Of a DNA stretch of 64,000 bases, positions 48,636-58,235 are shown piece by piece. A program made the position numbers and the translations under genes. The first letter of the stretch is position 1, and the number at the start of each line of letters is the position of its first letter. The DNA is from Planctomycetota bacterium (GTDB lineage: Bacteria > Planctomycetota > UBA1135 > UBA2386): contig OZ245006.1 of assembly GCA_965223545.1 (NCBI GenBank), forward strand, positions 5,344,001 to 5,408,000. The letters are read 5' to 3'. Under the pieces are notes generated by a model, which did no database searches, had not been told where the DNA came from, and worked only from the letters and a program-made list of their open reading frames with translations.

Positions 48636-49967
48636 GTGTTGAACGCGGTTCGCCCATCCCCGTCGTCTTCGAGTCTCTGGGTGCTCGTCGTGCTCGGTGC
48701 CGGCTGGCGCGTCGGCGTCGCGGCGCGGACACCGGTGCCGGCGGAGGACGGCGCCAACTACCTCTGGATGGCCGAGCAGCTGGCGCGGGGCGCGCCGTGC
48801 GCGACCCTGGACGCGGTGTTTCCGCCGCTCAACAGCATGGTCTGTGCGGTCGGCGTCGCCCTGCTGCCGTGGCTGGAGCCGTTCCGCGCCGCGCAGCTGG
48901 TGTTGGCAGTGGTCGGCGCGCTGGCGGCCGTGCCGCTGGCCCGCTTGGTCGAGCGCGTCGCGCCCGGCGGTGGGTGGGCGGCGGCCTGGTTGATGGTCAC
49001 CGCGCCGCTGCCGATTCGCTGTGCCGCCGAGATCTACAGTGAGCCGGCCTACCTGCTGTGCGCGTCGATGGCGCTCCACGCGTGGGTGCGCGGCGCGTCG
49101 GGCGCCGCCGGCGCCTGGCTCGGGGCAGCGTCCTGGGCGCGGCCCGAGGCGTTGGTGTTGGCGGGAGCGTTGGCGCTCGCCGCGCCGCGGAAGGCTTGGC
49201 GGATGCTGTGGCCCGTCGCGGTCGCCGCCGCCGTGCTCTCCGCGGCGCGCGCGTTGTGTGGGCACGGGCCGGATCCGATGCCGAAAGCCGGGTTTGTCTG
49301 GGAGCGCACCATCGGGGTGGCGCCGGGGATCGGCGACATGGTCGCCGCGTTCGGCCGGCACGCGCTGCAGATGCCGTGGCTGTGGGTCGAGGCGTTCGCG
49401 ATCTCGGGCGTGCTGGCGGTGTTGGGGGTGTGGCGCGGCGCACTCGCGCACCGGCGCGCGTTCTTGGCAGCGGCCGTGCTGGGGTGTGCGCTGATCTGCG
49501 CGTTCTTGCCGCGCCGGCGCTTCCTCGTCACCTGGCTGCCGGTGGTCCTGCCACTCGCGGTCGCCGGCTTGGGCGCGCTGCCCGCGCGATGCCGCTCCTT
49601 CGTGCTGGCCGCGGCCGTGCTGCTCAACGTCGCGCTCTCGGTGCGCGTCATCGACGCCGACCGGGTCGCCGAGCGCCGCGTCGGCGCCTGGCTCGCGACC
49701 CAGTGTGCGCCCGGCGAGCGGATCACCGGCGACATGACCCGCGTGCTCTACTTCGCCGGCGAACGCCCGCTTCCCCCCAAGCCGTTCACCGCCGAACAGC
49801 TGGCCGACCGCGCCCACGCCGTCCGAGCCCGCTTCGTCGTCCTCGGCGCGCGCCGCCCGACGACCCCCGAAGCTCGGCGCCTCCTCGGCGACTACCGCCC
49901 GCTCCGCCTCCCCCCAGAGCTCGCCGAGCTCGCCCACCGCCGCGGCATCCTCACACTCCACCGCTAG
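48636..49967 (+). CDS. Polytopic membrane protein, GT-C fold glycosyltransferase-like
   Basis: Many TM segments; EDGANY, FPPL, SEP and RPEA motifs. Start uncertain (48612 or 48636). Confidence 0.7.
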   Translation: MLNAVRPSPSSSSLWVLVVLGAGWRVGVAARTPVPAEDGANYLWMAEQLARGAPCATLDAVFPPLNSMVCAVGVALLPWLEPFRAAQLVLAVVGALAAVPLARLVERVAPGGGWAAAWLMVTAPLPIRCAAEIYSEPAYLLCASMALHAWVRGASGAAGAWLGAASWARPEALVLAGALALAAPRKAWRMLWPVAVAAAVLSAARALCGHGPDPMPKAGFVWERTIGVAPGIGDMVAAFGRHALQMPWLWVEAFAISGVLAVLGVWRGALAHRRAFLAAAVLGCALICAFLPRRRFLVTWLPVVLPLAVAGLGALPARCRSFVLAAAVLLNVALSVRVIDADRVAERRVGAWLATQCAPGERITGDMTRVLYFAGERPLPPKPFTAEQLADRAHAVRARFVVLGARRPTTPEARRLLGDYRPLRLPPELAELAHRRGILTLHR

Positions 49968-49968
49968 C

Positions 49969-50050
49969 GAAAGTACGGAGTCAGGCTCGATTTTCTCGCT
50001 TCGCCGACGTGCCGGCGAAGCGAGAAAATCGAGCCTGACTCCGTACTTTC
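49969..50050. repeat. REPIN-like perfect 38-bp inverted repeat with 6-nt loop
   Basis: 49969-50006 is the exact reverse complement of 50013-50050 (loop ACGTGC); lies between convergent genes. Confidence 0.93.
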
Positions 50051-51137
50051 AGATGAGGAAGTGGCAGATGTCGCCGTCTTGCAGGACGTAGTCCTTGCCC
50101 TCGACGCGCAGCTTGCCGGCGGCCTTGATCGCCGCTTCGCTGCGGTGCTCCATCAGATCGTCGAACTGATAGACCTCGGCGCGGATGTAGCGTTTGACGA
50201 AGTCGGTGTGGATGACGCCGGCGCCGACCGGACCGGTGTCGCCCTTGCGGATGACCCAGGCGCGGACTTCCTTCTCGCCGGCGGTGAAGAAGGTCTGCAG
50301 GCCGAGGAGGTCGAAGCCCTTGTGGATCAGTTGGCCGAGCCCCGATTCGGTGAAGCCCAGCTCCTCCATGAACATCGCCCGTTCGTCGCCGTCCATGCGC
50401 ACCAGCTCGGCCTCGATGTCGCCGCACAGGGGCAGCACCTCGCTGCCCGAGCGCGCGGCGTATTCGCGCAATGCAGCGACGTGCGTGCCCTCACCGGCGA
50501 CATCGTCGTCACCGACGTTGGCGACGAACAGCATCGGCTTGACCGTCATCAAGAACAGCGGTTGCAGCGCCTTGAGCTCGAGTGCGCTCCAGGCGTGCGT
50601 GCGCAGGGGTTGATCGGTCTGCAGGTGGTCACGGGCCTTCTCGAACAGCTCTTTCTCCCGCTGGCAGTCCTTGTCGCCGGCGCGCGCCTTCTTCGCCACG
50701 CGCTCGATGTTGCGCTCGAGGGTGGCGAGGTCGGCTTGGCTCAGCTCGAGGTCTACGACCTCGGCGTCGATCGCCGGATCGAGATCGCCGGTGACGTGCT
50801 GCACGCCGCTTTTTTGGAAACAGCGGACGACGTGCAACAGCACGTCCGCCTCTTTGATCGCGCCGAGAAACGAGATGCCCATGCCTTCGCCCTGGCTCGA
50901 GCCCGACACCAGTCCGGGGATGTCGACCACGGTCATCTGCGCCGGCACGATTCGCTGCGTGGGGATGCACTCGGCGATCTTCGCCAGCCGCGGGTCCGGC
51001 ACGTCGACGGTGCCCTGCACCGGACCGGTGGTGCTGAACATGTAGTCCGAACGCTCCACCTCTTGTTGGGTGATGGCGCCGAAGATCGTGGTCTTGCCGA
51101 CGTTGGGCAGGCCGACGATGCCGCATGAAAGGCCCAT
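50049..51137 (-). CDS. ychF: Ribosome-binding ATPase YchF
   Basis: MGLSCGIVGLPNVGK, DIPGLV, TFFTAGEKEVRAW, GVIHTDF, EGKDYVLQDGD. Confidence 0.97.
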   Translation of the reverse strand: MGLSCGIVGLPNVGKTTIFGAITQQEVERSDYMFSTTGPVQGTVDVPDPRLAKIAECIPTQRIVPAQMTVVDIPGLVSGSSQGEGMGISFLGAIKEADVLLHVVRCFQKSGVQHVTGDLDPAIDAEVVDLELSQADLATLERNIERVAKKARAGDKDCQREKELFEKARDHLQTDQPLRTHAWSALELKALQPLFLMTVKPMLFVANVGDDDVAGEGTHVAALREYAARSGSEVLPLCGDIEAELVRMDGDERAMFMEELGFTESGLGQLIHKGFDLLGLQTFFTAGEKEVRAWVIRKGDTGPVGAGVIHTDFVKRYIRAEVYQFDDLMEHRSEAAIKAAGKLRVEGKDYVLQDGDICHFLI

Positions 51138-51148
51138 GGCGGCGCAGG

Positions 51149-52393
51149 CTACCGCCGGGTCGCGGCCCGCGACAGAGCTAGTGGCGGCCCTCCGCGGTCT
51201 CGCCACGCGCGCCACACGCTGAGCGCCCACAGCAGCACGGTGCCCGCGGTGACGAGGTAGAGGCTCTGCTGCAGCTCTTTGAGGTCGCGGCCGAGGACGT
51301 CTCCGCCGAGCAATAGCACGAGCGCGTAGCCACCGAGCACCCACAGCAGCCCCGGCCGGCCGTTTACGCCAGCGCAGAGCAAGGCGAAGAACGCGGGGAT
51401 CAGCGCGACGTGGTGGGCCTTCCACGAGATCGGCGACAGCAGCAGCGACAGCGCGCAGGTCGCCGCCGTCAGCCAGACCGCGTGGCGCGGCTTGCGCAGG
51501 GCGACCGACGCGGTGGCGACCAGGACTGCCGCGGCTAGTGCGCGCGCGACCCAGCTCACGACCTCGGCTGGCAGGCCGAGCCCCGGAACGAAGCCGGGCA
51601 CGAGCGCTGCGTGCGCGGCGGGCACGGTCCCGAGATAGCGCGCGACTGCGCAGCGCAGGCACTGGTTCATCCACGAGAACGCCGGAAACCCGTGCTCGGG
51701 CGCGGCGAAGACGTCGGTGGTCGCGGCGTAGGCCAGCGTGCCGGCCAGCCAGCGCTGCAGCGGCGCCGTGCTGCCGAGCAGCGCGGTCGCCAGCGCGGTC
51801 AGCGCCACCGCGCAGCCGAGCGCGCCGGCGGCGGCGCGCCGGTGGCCGAGCAACCACAACAGGGGGACGAAGAGCAGGCCCGTGGGTTTGGTCGCCAGCG
51901 ACAGCCCCAGTGCCGCCGCGGCGCCGGCGCTGCGGCCCTGATCGGCCCAGCGCAGCGCGGTCAGCCAGAGGGCCAAGTTGACGAGGTTGCCGCCGCCGCC
52001 ATGGGTGTCGCGCAGCACGTAACGCGCGCTCAGCACGGCCGTGCCCAACAACAGCCAGTGGAGGCGCGGGCGCAGCGGTGGTGCCAGCCGTTCGAGGGCG
52101 TCGCGCGCCCACAGGCCGATGGCCCACAGCGCGAGCACCTGCAGCATGCCCCACGCGACCCGCGCGCCCCGCTCGGGCAGCAGGGAGAACGGCGCGGTCA
52201 GCAGGCCGAAACCGGGCGGGTAGACCGGGTGCAGCGGTTTGGCTTCCAGATAGGGGGCGTAGAGCTCCTCGCCGTGCAGCACGCGCTGGCCGAACTCGAG
52301 GTGATCGGTGATGACCCCCCGGTCACGGATTCCGGTGCGCGCGACCAGTGCCACGGCCAGCGCGAGCCACAGCCAGAGCCAGGCGCGCCGCAT
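51149..52393 (-). CDS. GT87/DUF2029 family membrane glycosyltransferase
   Basis: VYPP, G..NL, ATKP, NQCL and LSPISWKAH motifs; polytopic. Confidence 0.85.
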   Translation of the reverse strand: MRRAWLWLWLALAVALVARTGIRDRGVITDHLEFGQRVLHGEELYAPYLEAKPLHPVYPPGFGLLTAPFSLLPERGARVAWGMLQVLALWAIGLWARDALERLAPPLRPRLHWLLLGTAVLSARYVLRDTHGGGGNLVNLALWLTALRWADQGRSAGAAAALGLSLATKPTGLLFVPLLWLLGHRRAAAGALGCAVALTALATALLGSTAPLQRWLAGTLAYAATTDVFAAPEHGFPAFSWMNQCLRCAVARYLGTVPAAHAALVPGFVPGLGLPAEVVSWVARALAAAVLVATASVALRKPRHAVWLTAATCALSLLLSPISWKAHHVALIPAFFALLCAGVNGRPGLLWVLGGYALVLLLGGDVLGRDLKELQQSLYLVTAGTVLLWALSVWRAWRDRGGPPLALSRAATRR

Positions 52394-52401
52394 GCGCCCG
52401 G

Positions 52402-52614
52402 CTACTCGTCGAACAGCTCGCGGTAGGCCGGTCGGGATTCGGCCGCGCTGCTGGGCTCCAAGCGGTAGGTCGTCGGGCCGCGCTTGGCGAGCTCGTGTCC
52501 GTCGGCGCCCTCACCGAAATCGATCACCAGCTCCTCCGGCACCTCGCCGTGGGGAGACAACAAGATGCAGGGCTGGTCCACACCCTCCAGGCGAACGACC
52601 CGGGCTCGAAGCAT
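52402..52614 (-). CDS. Small hypothetical protein (70 aa)
   Basis: ATG 52614; ends 8 nt before the GT87 start; non-shadow amino acid composition. Confidence 0.55.
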   Translation of the reverse strand: MLRARVVRLEGVDQPCILLSPHGEVPEELVIDFGEGADGHELAKRGPTTYRLEPSSAAESRPAYRELFDE

Positions 52615-52725
52615 GACCCCATTGTGCCCGGAGGGCGGGCAATCTTCGAGTGGGGAGCTCGGTCGGTCGGCGGCGGCCGACAAAGGGAGCTGGCGGTTGC
52701 TCCGGGTCCCGCGTAGAGAGCGGTG

Positions 52726-54255
52726 ATGAGATCGCGCCGCCCCCCGTTGCGTGTCGCTGCCGCCCTGGTCGGTTGTCTGTCTTTCGGCGCCGGTCTCGGC
52801 GCGCAGGCCGGGGCCGCCCGGCCCGCGGAACCCGTCGAGAAGCCGGCGGGTTCGGGCCAGTGGAGCCAGTTCCGCGGCCCCGGTGGGCAGGGGGTCGCGG
52901 TCGGCGACCGGCGGCCGCCGGTCGAGTTCGGTCGGGACCGCGGCATGCGCTTTCGCGTCGAGGTCAGCCCTGGCAACTCCTCACCGTGTGTGTGGGGCGA
53001 TCGGGTGTTCCTCACCGGCGCCCGCGACCGGCAGCTGGAGACGGTGTGCTTGGACGCCGCCACCGGCGCCGAGCGCTGGCGGCGCAGTGTCGAGGTCGAG
53101 GTGCTCGAGAAGGGCCACCGCATCAACAGCGCGGCGTCACCGACGCCGGCTGCCGACGGCGCGCGCGTCGTCGTCTACTTCGGTTCGTTCGGCCTGCTGT
53201 GCTACGACCACGATGGCGAGGAGGTCTGGCGCCGGCCGCTCCCGGCGGCGGCCAACACGTTCGGCACGGCGGCATCGCCGGTGATCGACGGCGAGCACGT
53301 GATCTTGGTCCGCGACACCAACGAGGCCTCGTGGGTCGAGGTGATGCGCGCGACCGACGGCGAGACCTTGTGGCGGGTCGACCGCAGTGGGTTCCCGTCG
53401 GCATGGTCGACGCCGGTGGTGTGGCGCCGCGGTGATGCTGTCGAGCTGTTGGTCTACGGAGCGTTTCGGCTGACTGCTTACGACTTGGCGACCGGCGACG
53501 AGCGCTGGTCGGTGCCCGGTCTGGCCGACGAGCCGTGCATCACGCCGGCGCTGGGCGAAGAACTGGTGTACGTCACGTCGTACAACATGCGCACCAACCC
53601 GGAAGTCGTCGGGTTGCCATCCTTCGAGACCCTGCTCGCCGAGTACGACGACGACGGCAATGGCACGCTGAGCCGCCGCGAGGTCGGACCCAACCGCAGC
53701 ATCCTGTCGCGCATGGACGCCGATGGTGAGGGCGATCACCCCTTGCGCGGCTTCTTCCGCTTCTTGGATCGCGATGCAGACGGCCAGCTGTCCGCGGCCG
53801 AGTGGCAGCGCATGTTCGATTGGCTCTCGACCTTCGAGCACCGCAACGCCGTGGTCGCGATCCGGCCGCCCGACGCCGCCGGTGGGGAGGTCGCGATCGC
53901 GTGGCAGTTCGGGCGCGGAATCCCCGAGTGCCCCTCGCCGCTCGTGCACGAGGGCAAGGTCTACCTGGTCAAGAACGGCGGCATGGTCAGCTGCCTCGAC
54001 GCGGCGACCGGCGCTCTGCACTACCAGGGCCGGCTCGGCGCAGGCGGACCGCGTTACTCCTCCCCGGTGGTCGGCGGCGGCCGCATCTACGCCGCCTCCG
54101 CGCGCGGCGTGATCACGGTGTTTGCCGCGGGCGACACCCTCGACGTCCTGGCACACAACGACCTCGGCGAGCGCATCATGGCCACCCCCGCCCTCGTCGA
54201 CGGCGTGATCTACGTACGCACCGAAGCCGCCCTCTACGCCTTCGCCGAGCCCTAG
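52726..54255 (+). CDS. PQQ-like (BamB-type) beta-propeller protein with EF-hand insertion
   Basis: WSQFRGP, SSP, LDAATG..RW repeats; DDDGNGTLS and DRDADGQLSAAE loops; ATPA...IYVRT end. Confidence 0.9.
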   Translation: MRSRRPPLRVAAALVGCLSFGAGLGAQAGAARPAEPVEKPAGSGQWSQFRGPGGQGVAVGDRRPPVEFGRDRGMRFRVEVSPGNSSPCVWGDRVFLTGARDRQLETVCLDAATGAERWRRSVEVEVLEKGHRINSAASPTPAADGARVVVYFGSFGLLCYDHDGEEVWRRPLPAAANTFGTAASPVIDGEHVILVRDTNEASWVEVMRATDGETLWRVDRSGFPSAWSTPVVWRRGDAVELLVYGAFRLTAYDLATGDERWSVPGLADEPCITPALGEELVYVTSYNMRTNPEVVGLPSFETLLAEYDDDGNGTLSRREVGPNRSILSRMDADGEGDHPLRGFFRFLDRDADGQLSAAEWQRMFDWLSTFEHRNAVVAIRPPDAAGGEVAIAWQFGRGIPECPSPLVHEGKVYLVKNGGMVSCLDAATGALHYQGRLGAGGPRYSSPVVGGGRIYAASARGVITVFAAGDTLDVLAHNDLGERIMATPALVDGVIYVRTEAALYAFAEP

Positions 54256-54260
54256 CGAGA

Positions 54261-54286
54261 GTACGGAGTCCGGCTCGATTTTCTCG
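54261..54286 (+). repeat. REP-like repeat, single copy
   Basis: GTACGGAGTCCGGCTCGATTTTCTCG (1 mismatch to consensus), 5 nt after a TAG stop, between convergent genes. Confidence 0.88.
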
Positions 54287-54301
54287 GTAGGTCCCGCGCC
54301 C

Positions 54302-56077
54302 CTACGGCGCGCTCACCGCCACCGGTCCGGCGACCCACGGCGCGGCACCGCTCTGGAAAGCGCCCAGGTCGACGACCGGTCCGGGCAAGATCCCGGCGAT
54401 CGGCAGGCCGGCACCCAGCGCGGGGCTGCCGACCAACGGCATGAAGTCGCCGGATGCGCCTGGCATTGCCGGTGGGTCGGCCAGCATCGGGTCGGCGAGG
54501 ATCGCGTTGGCGCCGATCTCGCCGCCCGGGTCGGTGGCCCAGAACAGGTTGTTGTCGACCGAGTTGGAGGCGTAGTAGTTGCCCTGCAGCGCATCCCAGA
54601 TCTCCAACCCCATCTCGGGGGTGTCGAGCACGATGTTGTTGCTGCAAGAGCTGTTGGTCATCGCCACGTCGAGCTGCATGGCCGCCGAAGCGCGGCGCGG
54701 CGCGTGGCATGCCTTGTAGACCACGTTGTTGAAGATGTGGATGTCATCGAGCTCATAGCCGGACAGACCCTCGACGCGCCATTCGTTCCACACCGCGATG
54801 CCCCGCTTGCGGGTCCAGCTGACGACGTTCTCGAATACGCGAATGCCGCTGCTGCGCCCCGATTCGAAGCGCGGTCCACCGAGGTCGCCGTTGGCGACGC
54901 GAATCCCGGTCGCGCCCTTGGCGTGCGCCGGGAATCCTCGCGGCATCGTGTTCTCCAGGTAGACCGCGGCGAGCTGGAGTCCGCCGCCATCTTGCGGGTC
55001 GTACCAGCCGATGTGCCGCACCAGATTGCGGAAGATGTCGGTGTCGTCGCCTTCGTTGCAGTAGATGCCCACGTGGCGGATGTTCTCCACCAAGTTGTGG
55101 TGGATGACGCCGTTGCGCGAACCGAACTTGAAGTCGATCCCCTGCATCATCGAGTTGGATACGTGGTTGCGAGCGATCTCGAAGCCGTCGACGCGCACCA
55201 GCGTGACGGTCTCGGTCGTGTTGCTGAAGCCTTGGTTGTTGGCGCGATCGACGTAGGCACCCAGGTTGGATTGGTTGATGCGCGAGTCGACCAACGAGAG
55301 GTTCTGGATGAACGGGTCGTTCGCGTCACCGTTGGCGAACATCACCGCCGAGTTGCTCACCCATTCGACGAGCATGTGTTCGAAGCTGACGTGTGATGAG
55401 CGCCACGCCAGAACGCCGACACCCGCGATGCCGGACACTTCGATGCCGGACACGGTGACGTAGTTGGAGTTGCTGACCGTGATGCCCCGCGTCAGGTAGT
55501 TGCCGCTGCCGGGCCCGAATCCCGGCGGTAGGTTGGCCTTGTCGAACGGGAAGCTGGCCGCGCCCGCGATGCCACCGTCGATCCGCGCCGGCAGAGGATT
55601 GCCGTTCGCATCGAAGTCGCATTGGATGACCGTCGGCATGTTGGGATCAGGGCTGCCGCCGACTGGATTGTTGATGTAGTTGAGCGACAGGGTCTCGTTG
55701 AAGACGCCGCGCAAGATCAGCTTGTCGCCCCCGCTGCGCGACAGCCGGGTGACCGCTTGCGCCAGGGTGCGCATCGGCGAAGTCGGCGAGGTTCCGTGGT
55801 TGCTGTCGTCGCCGTTCTGCGAGTCGACGTAGAACACGCGGCCGGGGGCGATGCGGGCGGTGAGGCCGGCAGTCGGACTGGTGCTCGGGGCGGTGGTGCT
55901 GCCGCTGCCGCTGGTCGGCGGAGGAGGAGCAGGAGCAGGGGCTTCGCGCGTGCGCGACGGGGTCGGGGCGGGCCCGTCCTGGGCTTGCACGTCGCTCCAC
56001 AAGAACGTGGAGGCAAGAGCGAGGCTGCTGAAGCGCGTCGCCAGGCTCGCGGCCCGGCGCAGTCGTCGATGAAGCAT
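54302..56077 (-). CDS. Secreted right-handed parallel beta-helix (pectin lyase-like) protein
   Basis: Signal ending VQAQ, Pro/Ser/Thr linker, FYVD..NGDD, Asn-rich repeats, DLGAFQ end. Confidence 0.85.
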   Translation of the reverse strand: MLHRRLRRAASLATRFSSLALASTFLWSDVQAQDGPAPTPSRTREAPAPAPPPPTSGSGSTTAPSTSPTAGLTARIAPGRVFYVDSQNGDDSNHGTSPTSPMRTLAQAVTRLSRSGGDKLILRGVFNETLSLNYINNPVGGSPDPNMPTVIQCDFDANGNPLPARIDGGIAGAASFPFDKANLPPGFGPGSGNYLTRGITVSNSNYVTVSGIEVSGIAGVGVLAWRSSHVSFEHMLVEWVSNSAVMFANGDANDPFIQNLSLVDSRINQSNLGAYVDRANNQGFSNTTETVTLVRVDGFEIARNHVSNSMMQGIDFKFGSRNGVIHHNLVENIRHVGIYCNEGDDTDIFRNLVRHIGWYDPQDGGGLQLAAVYLENTMPRGFPAHAKGATGIRVANGDLGGPRFESGRSSGIRVFENVVSWTRKRGIAVWNEWRVEGLSGYELDDIHIFNNVVYKACHAPRRASAAMQLDVAMTNSSCSNNIVLDTPEMGLEIWDALQGNYYASNSVDNNLFWATDPGGEIGANAILADPMLADPPAMPGASGDFMPLVGSPALGAGLPIAGILPGPVVDLGAFQSGAAPWVAGPVAVSAP

Positions 56078-56388
56078 GCGCGGTCTCCGGTGTTGTGCAC
56101 CCCGCGGCCGCGCACGCCGCGCCCGGCACCGCGCCGGCGTCGTGCATGAGACGGACTCGAAGGGGCTGCTGCGTTTCTCGACAGCGAGATCGGACGCGGC
56201 TGTCGGATTCCGAAGCAGTGGCGTGCGCGTTCGTGTCAAAACGGGACTCGCGGCGCCGTGACCAGCGGCGCAGAGTGCTCCAAATCGAGACGAGGCCGGC
56301 ATGGCGTGCTGCGTACGGAGACGATCGGAGTCGAAAGAGGGAGCGGCGGTGGGGTTCGCGGGGCACCTCTTGCCGCCGGGAGAAGTGG

Positions 56389-58227
56389 ATGAAAGGGCTC
56401 ATGGGCAAGCGCGGATTGCTGGTCTCCGCCTCCGCTCTGCTGACGTTGCTGGCATCGTGCGCCGCGGGCGGGGTCGAGAGCGAAGAGGGGGCCGGCGGCT
56501 CGGGCGGCACGACCTCCGGCGGCGGTGGCTCGACCGGCACCACGGGCGGCGGTGGTTCTACCGGCGGCTCGGGCGGTAGCGGCTCGGGCGGTAGCGGCTC
56601 CACCGGTGGAGGTTCTACGGGCGGCGGTTCTACCGGCGGCGGGGCGCCGCCGGCGCCCGTCGTGCAACAGCCTCAGCCGATCCCGGTGCCCGGCCGCACC
56701 TTCTACGTCGACGCGGCCACTGGCGACGACGCCGCCGAGGGGCTGACGCGGGCCTCGGCGCTGGCGACGCTGGCCGAGGCCGTGCGGCGCATGTCCAACG
56801 CGGGCGGCGACAAGATGGTGCTGATCGGCTCCTTTGCCGAGCCGCTGCAGATCAACGGCTTCAACAACGCGCCCGGCGGTGCCAATCCGGCGCTGCCGAC
56901 CGTGGTTCAGTGTGACTTCGACGTGGACGGCAACCCGCTGCCGGCCGTGATCGACGGTGGGATCGCCGGTGCCGCGAGCTTTCCGTTCGACCAGCAGGGG
57001 TTGCCGCCGGGGTTCGGCACCGGGCAGGGCGGCTACCTGGACCGCGGCGTGCGCATCTCCAGCTCCAACTATCTCACGATCTCCGGCATCAGCGTGCGCG
57101 GCATCGTCGGCGAGGGCGTCTTCACCTGGAAGACGTCGCACGTGCGCGTCGAGTTCGTCGACGTCGAGTGGTGCTCGAACAGCGGCATCAAGATCAGCAA
57201 CGGTGATCCGACCGGCACCCACGCGCAGGATGCGACGGTGGCGTACTGTCGAGTCAACCAGTGCAATCTGGGGCGCTTTACCAACCGCGCCACCTTGGCG
57301 GGGTTCAACTCCGCGACCGAGACCGTGACGATCGAGCGCATCGATGGGTTCGAGGTGTTCGGCTGCGAGCTGACGAACTCTCTGATGCAGGGCATCGACT
57401 TCAAGTTCGGTGCGCGCAACGGCCTGATCCACCACAACCTGGTCGAGAACACGCGCGCGACCGGCATCTACTGCAACGAAGGCGACGACACCGACATCTA
57501 CCGCAACGTGGTGCGCCGCGTCGGTTGGTATGACCCGCAGGACGGCACCGGCCTGCAGCTCTCCGCGACATGGATGCAGCAGAACGTGCCGGGCTTCTAC
57601 GGCGCGCTGGAGGCCGGCGCGGTCGGCATCGCCATCCGCAATGGCGACCTCGGCGGTCCTGCGCAGGAGAGCGGCCGTTCTTCGGGGATCCGGGTGTTCG
57701 AGAACGAGGTCAGCTGGACGCGCAAGTCCGGGATCTCGGTCTACAACGAGTGGCGCGCCGAGGGGCTTCCCGGCTGGGAGCTCGACGACCTGCACATCTT
57801 CAACAACGTGGTCTATCGCGCCAACCACAAGCTCGGCGTGTCGGCCGCGGGTCTGGTGCTCGACGTCGGCATGACCAACAGCACGGTCTACAACAACATC
57901 GTCGCCGCCGCCGGTGAGCTCGGCATCGAGGTGTGGCAGGCGTCCACCGGCAGTTTCTTCGCCACCAACGAGATCGCGAACAACCTGCTGTGGAACAACA
58001 AACCCGGTGGGGTCATCGGCACCAACCCGGTGCAGGCGGATCCCCTGTTCGTGGTGGTACCGGGTGCGCCGGGGGATCCCGCGGACTTCCAGGTCGATGC
58101 GGCGAGTCCGGCCCGCGGCGCGGGAATCGGCGTTGCGCCGATCGCCGGCGGCATTGCCACGCCCGACATCGGTGCGTACCAGTACGGTGTCTCGCGCTGG
58201 CTGGTGGGCAGCGTCTACAGCCCCTGA
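56389..58227 (+). CDS. Lipoprotein right-handed parallel beta-helix protein, paralog of 54302-56077
   Basis: Lipobox LLASC, Gly/Ser/Thr linker, shared blocks IDGGIAGAASFPFD, MQGIDFKFG, GIYCNEGDDTDI. Confidence 0.87.
   Translation: MKGLMGKRGLLVSASALLTLLASCAAGGVESEEGAGGSGGTTSGGGGSTGTTGGGGSTGGSGGSGSGGSGSTGGGSTGGGSTGGGAPPAPVVQQPQPIPVPGRTFYVDAATGDDAAEGLTRASALATLAEAVRRMSNAGGDKMVLIGSFAEPLQINGFNNAPGGANPALPTVVQCDFDVDGNPLPAVIDGGIAGAASFPFDQQGLPPGFGTGQGGYLDRGVRISSSNYLTISGISVRGIVGEGVFTWKTSHVRVEFVDVEWCSNSGIKISNGDPTGTHAQDATVAYCRVNQCNLGRFTNRATLAGFNSATETVTIERIDGFEVFGCELTNSLMQGIDFKFGARNGLIHHNLVENTRATGIYCNEGDDTDIYRNVVRRVGWYDPQDGTGLQLSATWMQQNVPGFYGALEAGAVGIAIRNGDLGGPAQESGRSSGIRVFENEVSWTRKSGISVYNEWRAEGLPGWELDDLHIFNNVVYRANHKLGVSAAGLVLDVGMTNSTVYNNIVAAAGELGIEVWQASTGSFFATNEIANNLLWNNKPGGVIGTNPVQADPLFVVVPGAPGDPADFQVDAASPARGAGIGVAPIAGGIATPDIGAYQYGVSRWLVGSVYSP
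56491..56643 (+). repeat. Low-complexity GGS/GGST coding tandem repeat
   Basis: Includes an exact 15-bp duplication GGCTCGGGCGGTAGC at 56566-56595. Confidence 0.8.
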
Positions 58228-58235
58228 TGCACTGA

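Noticed and set aside
56078..56388. Riboswitch or ncRNA in the long divergent spacer (also 3950-4158)
   Set aside because: Only short GC-rich stems and no recognisable Rfam consensus by eye; a covariance search would be needed.
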